Source: an uncultured Methanosarcinales archaeon (GTDB lineage: Archaea > Nanobdellota > Nanobdellia > Woesearchaeales > ARS49). From it: a stretch of 64,000 nt of DNA. The translations under genes were made by a program, and so were the position numbers. The notes beneath the pieces were generated by a model. The model was not told where the DNA came from, made no database searches, and was given only the letters and a program-made list of their open reading frames with translations. Below are positions 57,094 through 64,000 of the stretch, piece by piece (positions within the stretch are counted from its first letter, which is position 1; each line of letters opens with the position of its first letter). The stretch is taken from contig CAZTVK010000015.1 of assembly GCA_964617195.1 (NCBI GenBank), positions 2,317 to 66,316 of the forward strand. Reading direction: 5' to 3'.

Positions 57094-57552
57094 TTAATTA
57101 ACGCCTGCGATTCCGCCGACCATTGTGTCTGGCGGGAAAACGCACACGCCTGGCTTGTCTCCAGCCTGCACAACATCATAACCAATCGATGCATAATATT
57201 CTGCCTGGTCGTTGTAAGGTACAAGGAAACCGCCGGATTCGCACTTTCTCATTGCGCTTGGAATGTCACTCACTGGGTTTCTCTTTGGGTCGCCGTAATA
57301 ATTCCAGCTAGTGTGCATGTCATTATACTGAGTTTGTCCTGGGATGTAATTAGGATTTTGGAATTCAGGAACGTTTCTTGGAACACCGCGACCAGTCCAG
57401 TACGGATACGGGACTTGCTTGATCGCTCCGCCGTAAACACCTTCACCAGTTGCGTTCTTGCCTTGAACGAACATTAAGACAAGACCAACAATTGCAATAA
57501 CGGCAACAATGCCTAGAATCACTAATGCTATACCTTTGTGTTCACTTGCCAT
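57094..57552 (-). CDS. Membrane-anchored protein, YGGA(I/V)(K/R) family
   Basis: KGIALVILGIVAVIAIVGLVLMF, Ala-Thr-Gly, YGGAIK at residue 40; GAGGTGA SD. Confidence 0.8.
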   Translation of the reverse strand: MASEHKGIALVILGIVAVIAIVGLVLMFVQGKNATGEGVYGGAIKQVPYPYWTGRGVPRNVPEFQNPNYIPGQTQYNDMHTSWNYYGDPKRNPVSDIPSAMRKCESGGFLVPYNDQAEYYASIGYDVVQAGDKPGVCVFPPDTMVGGIAGVN

Positions 57553-57622
57553 TTTTTCACCTCGATTTTTCAGTGTTAACGAATGAAATACACTAATATA
57601 GGATTATGTATACTGGATATAT

Positions 57623-58066
57623 TTAAATGTTGCGTTTCTTGGGAAAATATTCTCTCACTAATAATAACAAAACGGCAATTGTGATAGCAGAATCAGCGAC
57701 ATTAAAAGCAGGCCAGAAATGGAAATCAATAAAGTCAATAACTGAGCCATAAAGAAGACGGTCTGCAAGATTTCCGAACGCTCCACCGAGGATAAGTCCC
57801 AAGATGGGCTGCAATTTCTGAGAGAAAGTTTTGTATTTCAAGATGAGAAATACGCTCACTGCTGCCGCAAAAATCACGAAAAACCACGACGCATTTCTGA
57901 ACAAACCAAAAGCAGTGCCGGTATTCAAGACATGAGTTAACGAGACGATTGGGAAATCTATAGACGAGTTAAGCGGAATAAATCTCAGGACGAAAAATTT
58001 AGAAACTCTGTCGAGAATCAAAACAGCGAGCGCTATGCTCCAGAATGCTAAGTGCTTGTTCGCCAT
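57623..58066 (-). CDS. lspA: Lipoprotein signal peptidase II
   Basis: D..SK, NTGTAFG, GGAFGNLADR, VIDFI, PAFNVADSAI with both catalytic Asp present. Confidence 0.93.
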   Translation of the reverse strand: MANKHLAFWSIALAVLILDRVSKFFVLRFIPLNSSIDFPIVSLTHVLNTGTAFGLFRNASWFFVIFAAAVSVFLILKYKTFSQKLQPILGLILGGAFGNLADRLLYGSVIDFIDFHFWPAFNVADSAITIAVLLLLVREYFPKKRNI

Positions 58067-58440
58067 CTCTGCTGATAAGGACTAGGCTCCTCTTTCCTTT
58101 CCAAACGATCAAGACGCTGCAAAACCGTCTCCAACTGAGCTTTAATCGTGTCTAATTTTGAAGAAATCAACTGCAACTGCTGCTCTGTCGTAACGGGAGC
58201 GAACTGCTGTTGCTGCGCTTGCTGCTGCGCAAAAGCCCTTGGAACTTGACCACTAAACTGCTGCTGCCCAAAATCCTCAACAGGAGGCTCGGTCAGTCCA
58301 GGCATCGGCCTAGGCATACCCATCTGCTCCATTCCCCCAGGCATATGCTGTTCAGAAGGAGCAAACTCGGCAGCACGTGGAAATTCCTGAGGCATCTCCT
58401 CTTCTTTTTTCCAGAACTTCAATTTATCCATCATGCCCAT
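58048..58440 (-). CDS. Hypothetical protein, Pro/Gln/Met-rich with a C-terminal coiled coil
   Basis: KLKFWKK N-terminus; LQLISSKLDTIKAQLETVLQRLDRLE heptads. Confidence 0.75.
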   Translation of the reverse strand: MGMMDKLKFWKKEEEMPQEFPRAAEFAPSEQHMPGGMEQMGMPRPMPGLTEPPVEDFGQQQFSGQVPRAFAQQQAQQQQFAPVTTEQQLQLISSKLDTIKAQLETVLQRLDRLERKEEPSPYQQRWRTST

Positions 58441-58487
58441 AAAGACAAAGAAACACAGAGTTGCATTATAAAACTTTTGATAGGCTC

Positions 58488-59492
58488 TTAACCATCACAT
58501 ACATCATCATCGTTCGCATCCAAGCAATAACACACCTGATTATCAGCAATAGTAACAAGCGATCCAGGAGGAGCTGAACTCAAAACAGAATTAGCAGTCA
58601 CGATGCCTACAAGAGGCAAGCAAGTGATTTGAGGCTTGACAACACCAATCGCGAAGCACGGATTACTTACTATTATCAAATTTCCTATACCCCAACTCTG
58701 ACTTCCAATATACCATGAAACGTCAATCTTGTCTGCCATCTTGTTCTCAAAGTCCAATATGCTGGCAAGAACCGCAGGACAACCACTCGTGCTCTGGGAA
58801 TCAGCAGCAACACCATTCAATGAAATAGTGGCTCCGATACTGTTCGAACACCAGTTGTGATGATGAGCAATATTTGGTTCAACAATCTTCAGCTTGTCAA
58901 CAACCCTTGCAGTGAAGCTCTTCGACCAAGAATTTCCAAAAGCCTGGCCGCTCGCAATATCCTCCTGCACGCAAACCTGACAGACATTTCCGACACCATT
59001 CGAATCACTATCAGCCTGATTATAGTTTGCAACGTTCACGCAATTATCGCAAACATCACCGCGCTTATCCCTATCAGCATCAGCCTGATCAGCATTAGAA
59101 GTCATAGGACAATTATCAATAACATTGGCAACACCATCGCCATCAAGATCAGGAAGAATATCAGTAACGTCCATCACCACAATAAAAGATCTGGGCGGCT
59201 GAACATACTTAATAATCGCGTATTTAGTAACGGTTCCACGCTCTGAAGTAGCAGTAATCTTACGAGAACCAAGAGGAACATTTGAGAATGTTGCGATACC
59301 GCCACTGGTAGTTGTCTGCGTGCACATAGTCGGATAAGCATCATCACACATGTCAATAATCACTCCTGGCGCTCTAGGACTGGTAGCAATTTGCACTTTG
59401 GTGGTTTGAGGACCGGTAGCCCTGCCAGGACCAATGCAAGACGCGATTAATAATAAAGAGAGAACTGCTAATACCATCACCAGCTTTTTCAT
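58488..59492 (-). CDS. Putative lipoprotein with thrombospondin type 3 repeats
   Basis: LIASC lipobox; DGDGV....DNCP..SNADQADAD.D..GDVCDNC repeats. Confidence 0.8.
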   Translation of the reverse strand: MKKLVMVLAVLSLLLIASCIGPGRATGPQTTKVQIATSPRAPGVIIDMCDDAYPTMCTQTTTSGGIATFSNVPLGSRKITATSERGTVTKYAIIKYVQPPRSFIVVMDVTDILPDLDGDGVANVIDNCPMTSNADQADADRDKRGDVCDNCVNVANYNQADSDSNGVGNVCQVCVQEDIASGQAFGNSWSKSFTARVVDKLKIVEPNIAHHHNWCSNSIGATISLNGVAADSQSTSGCPAVLASILDFENKMADKIDVSWYIGSQSWGIGNLIIVSNPCFAIGVVKPQITCLPLVGIVTANSVLSSAPPGSLVTIADNQVCYCLDANDDDVCDG

Positions 59493-59558
59493 TAAAGATA
59501 CTTTACCAAGATACGTATTTAAAACTTTCCCCTGATAAAAGGACCTCTGAATCTTAAA

Positions 59559-60122
59559 CTACTTTCCTGCAGAAATGAGTTTGCTGTATTTTCTAACAAG
59601 CGGATCATCATCGCTAAGATGCTCAGTCATTATTGCCACACGCTCAGCCAACTCATAGACCGCATCAGGATTTCCAGCAGACAATGCTTTCTCCAATTCT
59701 TTCAATTGAACTTTAGGATCGCTAATACGCCTTTCATAGGCTTCCAAACGTCTGACAGCACCACGATAACGCTGTTCAAACAACTCGCCAATCCGCCTGC
59801 TAATCGTACCTAAACATTCTTCGCGCGTCTGATTTAACTCCTCATCTCTCATTGGAGCGCTTTGCGTCCTTCTATGACGCCTCTTTATCATATTGTCCAA
59901 CACCACACTATGTTCTAACACTCTACGAACTGTACTCAGAGCCAGAAACCTTGAAGACAAACCTGCGTGGCCGACATACAGACTTTCGCTTCCTATACCA
60001 ATCACATTACCAAACATAAGCGTTTCCAATTGGCCAAGAATGTTCCCCGTTCCTACAGAATTATGATTACTGATATAGCGCCTATCACGCTCATAATCCG
60101 GTTGGGCATAAGCTGTCGTCAT
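59559..60122 (-). CDS. Hypothetical protein
   Basis: 187-aa ORF; TATA-like sequence upstream; no family recognised. Confidence 0.65.
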   Translation of the reverse strand: MTTAYAQPDYERDRRYISNHNSVGTGNILGQLETLMFGNVIGIGSESLYVGHAGLSSRFLALSTVRRVLEHSVVLDNMIKRRHRRTQSAPMRDEELNQTREECLGTISRRIGELFEQRYRGAVRRLEAYERRISDPKVQLKELEKALSAGNPDAVYELAERVAIMTEHLSDDDPLVRKYSKLISAGK

Positions 60123-60230
60123 ATAGTATACATAGAATTCCTCCTATATAAATCTTTCTGTTTTTACTACTCAATAGTGACTAAATAGTACGGGGGCAAG
60201 TATATAAACATCCTGCTCTAAAAAGCCCAT

Positions 60231-61016
60231 ATGAAGATAGGGGTGGATACGTTCAGCCTGCAGCACACGCTAGATTCAGGACAATTCTTCAGATACCAGA
60301 AAATAGGAGACTGGTACCACTGCCAGGAAAGAGACGCGCATTTCAAGATAAGGCAAACCGGCGATATTCTTGAATTTGACGGCACTACGAAAAAGCACAT
60401 CAAAAAACTGTTCGGCCTCAATCAAGACTACAAAAAAATAATCACCATCCTGTCAAAAGACAAAACACTGCTTCCAGCAATAAAACAATACCGCGGACTG
60501 CGGTTAATGGAACGCGACCCATGGGAAACACTCGTATCATTCCAATGCAGCATATTCTCAAACATCAAAAAAATCAAGCTAAACATGAACTGCCTCGCAA
60601 AAGAATTCGGAAAAGAAAACATGCCAGGAAAATATGCTTTTCCAGAACCAGGAAAAATTGACGATTTGCAAAAAATCAAGAAATGCGCAACAGGATTCAG
60701 AGCAAAATACATCCACGCTGCAAACTCAATGGTTGACGACGCATATTTTGCGAAATTGAGAAAGAAAAAATACGAAGACGCGCTGCAAGAGCTAATGGAA
60801 CTCCCAGGCGTGGGAGAAAAAGTAGCAGACTGCATCTGCCTCTTCGCACTCGGCAAAACAGAAGCGTTCCCAGTAGACGTCTGGATACAAAGAATGATGA
60901 CAAAACTATACAAACAAGAAAAAATGAAAGACATCAAAAAATTCGCAGCACAAAGATGGGGAAACCTTGCGGGATACGCGCAACAATTCATATATCATTG
61001 GGGAAGACATCTATGA
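60231..61016 (+). CDS. 8-oxoguanine DNA glycosylase (OGG1-type HhH-GPD)
   Basis: TLDSGQFFR, GLRL...DPWE.L.SF, GFRAKYI, LPGVGEKVADCI.LF, FPVDVWI, AGYAQQ motifs. Confidence 0.88.
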   Translation: MKIGVDTFSLQHTLDSGQFFRYQKIGDWYHCQERDAHFKIRQTGDILEFDGTTKKHIKKLFGLNQDYKKIITILSKDKTLLPAIKQYRGLRLMERDPWETLVSFQCSIFSNIKKIKLNMNCLAKEFGKENMPGKYAFPEPGKIDDLQKIKKCATGFRAKYIHAANSMVDDAYFAKLRKKKYEDALQELMELPGVGEKVADCICLFALGKTEAFPVDVWIQRMMTKLYKQEKMKDIKKFAAQRWGNLAGYAQQFIYHWGRHL

Positions 61017-61378
61017 AAGCATTATCACTGAAACAACCATGGGCAGAACTCATCGTATCAGGAAAGAAAACGATTGAAGTCAGGAACTGGAACACGAAAT
61101 TCAGAGGAGAATTCCTAGTACACGCGTCAAAAAATACAAATAAAGAAAAAGAACGAGAATTCGGCTTCAAAGACCTGCCAACAGGATGCATCGTCGGCAA
61201 AGCAACGCTCTTAGACGTCAAAAAATACAAAACACAAAAAGAATTTGAGAAAGACTCTGACAAACATTACGCGCGCGGCTGGTGGAATTCAAAAGCGCAC
61301 GGATTCACACTCGCTAACGCGCAAAGACTCCCATTAAAACCAATAAAAGGAAAACTGAACTTCTTTGAAACAGCCTAA
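61013..61378 (+). CDS. ASCH-domain protein
   Basis: ALSLKQPWA.LI..GKKTIEVRNW.T..RG..LVHAS, KGKLNFF; start 61013. Confidence 0.9.
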   Translation: MKALSLKQPWAELIVSGKKTIEVRNWNTKFRGEFLVHASKNTNKEKEREFGFKDLPTGCIVGKATLLDVKKYKTQKEFEKDSDKHYARGWWNSKAHGFTLANAQRLPLKPIKGKLNFFETA

Positions 61379-62202
61379 ATCTTCACAAAGAAATTCTTCC
61401 CCCTAAAAGAACGCAACAAATCAGCACCAATCGCTCTCGCACTGATTTTCACCACATATTTTCCAGGAACAAGAGAAGCACGAGAAACACTAGAGCCGAA
61501 ACCAAAACAACGATTATTACCGATCAATTTCTTATTCATCGGAGAAGTCACAAGCGAGCCATCACGCAAAACTTCAACAGAAACAATTTCGCTTCCAAGC
61601 ACTTCCGTCAAAAACTCAGCATTCACTTCGCGCAATACTTCAAACTCAAACCAAGTCTCAACAACCCGCTCATCAGTCCTCGCCAGACAACTCAACTGCC
61701 AAGGCAAACTCACAGATTTAGTTTTCAAAGGAGTCTGCTCGCACATTGTCTGCGGCAAACAATTATCATAACATTTAGTTACGCGCAACACATCACCAAA
61801 AGTTCCTTCTGCGCACCTGCCGTCATCAACCAATTTGTAAACTGGCTTTGAAACTTTCAGACACGCGCCATTCTCACAGCCAAACTCGCAATCAATAATT
61901 TGAGCAACAACCTCATCATTATCGCACACATACTCTAGAACCTTTGAAATAGGCTGAAGCCCATCCTTTCTAACAGACAAACAAGAATCAGACAATAACT
62001 TATCACTCATCACACTGCCCTTCACAAAAACATCAAAACCATCAGAATCAACACACTTGACAACCTCTGCAGGAGAGGGTATCTGCTCAACAGGCACGGG
62101 CTGCTCAAAAACAGGAGATTCAACTTGGATGCTCGGCTGCTGAACAGACTCTTTTACAGGCATACAAGCAACAAGCAACAGAAGAAACACCAGCTTTTTC
62201 AT
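61375..62202 (-). CDS. Putative Cys-rich lipoprotein
   Basis: Start 62202 MKKLVFLLLLVAC; C.DSDG...KG.V...D.C...EY.C...C.FGCENGAC module. Confidence 0.78.
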   Translation of the reverse strand: MKKLVFLLLLVACMPVKESVQQPSIQVESPVFEQPVPVEQIPSPAEVVKCVDSDGFDVFVKGSVMSDKLLSDSCLSVRKDGLQPISKVLEYVCDNDEVVAQIIDCEFGCENGACLKVSKPVYKLVDDGRCAEGTFGDVLRVTKCYDNCLPQTMCEQTPLKTKSVSLPWQLSCLARTDERVVETWFEFEVLREVNAEFLTEVLGSEIVSVEVLRDGSLVTSPMNKKLIGNNRCFGFGSSVSRASLVPGKYVVKISARAIGADLLRSFRGKNFFVKI

Positions 62203-62254
62203 AACACGATTATCTTGCGCTAGATATATAAATATTCTCCAATCGCTCATTTCT

Positions 62255-62905
62255 ATGCCAACGCACGCAGAAATCGACAAAATACTGAAAATACTTGTAA
62301 AAGAACAAGGCACGAGCACAATGCTCGGAAGAATGAGCAAAAAATACGACCCATTCAAAGTTCTGATTTCTACCATTATGAGCGCACGGGCAAAAGACGA
62401 AATGACTGAGGTCATCGCGGAAAAATTGTTTGAAAAATATCCGACAGCAGAGAAATTAGCAAAGGCTGACAAAAAAGACGTCATCAAGATAATAAGAAAA
62501 ATAGGATTCTACAACGCAAAATCAAAGAACGTTATCAATTCTGCGAAAATGCTGCTTGAGAAATTCGACGGAAAAGTCCCAGACACGCTCGAACAACTAA
62601 TAGAACTGCCAGGAGTTGGAAGAAAAGTCGCGAACTGTGTGCTTGTTTACTCTTTTGGAATTGCCGCACTACCAATCGATACTCATTGCCACCGGATACC
62701 AAATAGGCTCGGATGGATTAAAACTAGAACTCCAGAAGAAACAGAGAAAAAACTCATGGAAATTGTGCCGAAAAAACATTGGCTTGTATTTAATGATACT
62801 TTTGTTGCTCACGGAAAGACCATCTGTGCCCCAATATCCCCCTTCTGCTCTAAATGTCCAATCTACAAATATTGCAAAAGAGTGGGCGTAAAAAGCCATC
62901 GATGA
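62255..62905 (+). CDS. nth: Endonuclease III
   Basis: PFKVLISTIMSAR, LPGVGRKVAN, IDTH..RI..RLG, C-x6-C-x2-C-x5-C Fe-S motif. Confidence 0.95.
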   Translation: MPTHAEIDKILKILVKEQGTSTMLGRMSKKYDPFKVLISTIMSARAKDEMTEVIAEKLFEKYPTAEKLAKADKKDVIKIIRKIGFYNAKSKNVINSAKMLLEKFDGKVPDTLEQLIELPGVGRKVANCVLVYSFGIAALPIDTHCHRIPNRLGWIKTRTPEETEKKLMEIVPKKHWLVFNDTFVAHGKTICAPISPFCSKCPIYKYCKRVGVKSHR

Positions 62906-63012
62906 TCTTCACTGGACATTTCCGTAAGATTTCCGGATTTTTATCGACGACAGCACTATCCACTGGACAACTACGCGTGAGCTTTATAAAGCAAAAACTA
63001 AATTAAAAATTC

Positions 63013-64000
63013 ATGTCAAAAATCTCCCTTCAACAACTTGCGCCACATCTCACTAACACACACGCTAAACTTCAACTAATTTTTCTTCGAGAAATGCTGA
63101 CAAAAGCCTCGAAATCTACGATACCTTATCGAAATTGCAATTTTGCGGCGAAGTTAGGATGCTCTTTTAATGAAAAATGGAGAATAGCTCCTGAAATAAT
63201 CGGGTGGTGGTATGGCAGAAAAACCATAAAGTTCTCAAGACTCATCAAATTGATTGATTTGTCGAATTCCGACTGGTCCGAAGTGGAGAAACAACTAATT
63301 TTTCTAAAAGCCGGTATGCGTAAAGGCGAAGTGTTTATCCGTTTTCCAATTGAACTTGATGAAAAGCTTGGAACTATTGTTGGCCATATCCTAGGCGACG
63401 GGTCTCTGGATAAAAAATATCGCCAAGTCTTTTTCACTAATTTAAATTCTGAATTATTACAAGAGTTCATAACAAATATGAAATTCATATTCGGCATAGA
63501 ACCCCGAATTTGGATTCAGGAAAGCCTTGGATTCAATAAAGCCAAATGGATTAAAAGAATTTACGATTTAAGCAAGAAAGAAAAATATCAGGTTGGTCTA
63601 TTTTATCCGTCTATTTGCGGCATTATTTTGCATGGAATGTTAGGAACCTTTGCAAATGGAAAAAATAAGTCCATAACTTCCCAAATTAAGAATGCTCCAA
63701 CCAGCTTCAAAAAAGGTTTATTACGAGCAATTTTTGATGACGAGGCAAATGTAGACGTTCCATCTCAGATGATTAGATTTTCTCAAGATAATAAGATTCT
63801 TACAGAAGAACTGAGATCAATGCTGAAAGAATTTGACATAGAACCAAATCCGATTCGTACATATTTCAGAGATGGAAAACCCCACCAGTACTTTAACATA
63901 ACCCACATCAAGAACTATTATCTTTTTGCCAATATAATCGGCTTTACTTCATCAAATAAAATAAATCTTTTGAAAAAAATGATAGAGCATGTAAGAGCAA
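63013..64000 (+). CDS. Free-standing two-motif LAGLIDADG endonuclease-like protein (3' end outside window)
   Basis: Open from ATG at 63013 to the edge; motifs IVGHILGDGSL and LLRAIFDDEANV, late IGFTS; TTTATAAA at 62983. Not in the ORF track. Confidence 0.85.
   Translation, partial: MSKISLQQLAPHLTNTHAKLQLIFLREMLTKASKSTIPYRNCNFAAKLGCSFNEKWRIAPEIIGWWYGRKTIKFSRLIKLIDLSNSDWSEVEKQLIFLKAGMRKGEVFIRFPIELDEKLGTIVGHILGDGSLDKKYRQVFFTNLNSELLQEFITNMKFIFGIEPRIWIQESLGFNKAKWIKRIYDLSKKEKYQVGLFYPSICGIILHGMLGTFANGKNKSITSQIKNAPTSFKKGLLRAIFDDEANVDVPSQMIRFSQDNKILTEELRSMLKEFDIEPNPIRTYFRDGKPHQYFNITHIKNYYLFANIIGFTSSNKINLLKKMIEHVRA

Noticed and set aside
61375..62487. 370-aa ORF overlapping nth
   Set aside because: The first 95 codons are antisense to nth and the intergenic region; the lipoprotein starts at 62202.
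63126..63497. 123-aa minus-strand ORF
   Set aside because: Antisense shadow of the plus-strand LAGLIDADG frame.

Overview
Gene-dense archaeal chromosomal segment, probably from a DPANN/Woesearchaeota-like organism. This assignment is inferred from split rpoA/rpoB, an S-layer gene, short intergenic spaces, TATA promoters and many lipobox/TSP3 surface proteins. Contents in order: rps7-rps12-nusA-rpl30e-rpoA2-rpoA1-rpoB1-rpoB2-rpoH; four tRNA genes, three carrying introns at positions 59/60, 37/38 and 30/31; RlmN, a YyaL-like protein, a type II toxin-antitoxin pair and TrpRS; a redox/Fe-S block (FNR-like, MsrA, GDH, ferredoxin, rhodanese, PepA, EndoIV, SUF operon); surface and S-layer genes; nrdR-nrdJ-pduO with tandem NrdR boxes; GINS and rpl44e-rps27e-(asd insertion)-aIF2a-nop10-PAC2; enolase, IMPase-like, dPGM and GT3 glycogen synthase; LspA; base-excision repair genes; and a free-standing LAGLIDADG ORF running off the right end. 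No rRNA, CRISPR array, integrase or transposase was seen. The most novel-looking signals are: (1) a membrane-anchored JAMM metalloprotease whose gene overlaps a member of a membrane-anchored YGGA(I/V)(K/R) protein family, next to the S-layer gene; (2) a short REP-like hairpin element family; (3) tRNA 3'-end duplicates; (4) bacterial-type NrdR operators on an archaeal TATA promoter; (5) unannotated micro-ORFs. All family assignments come from motif recognition by eye; no database searches were run.
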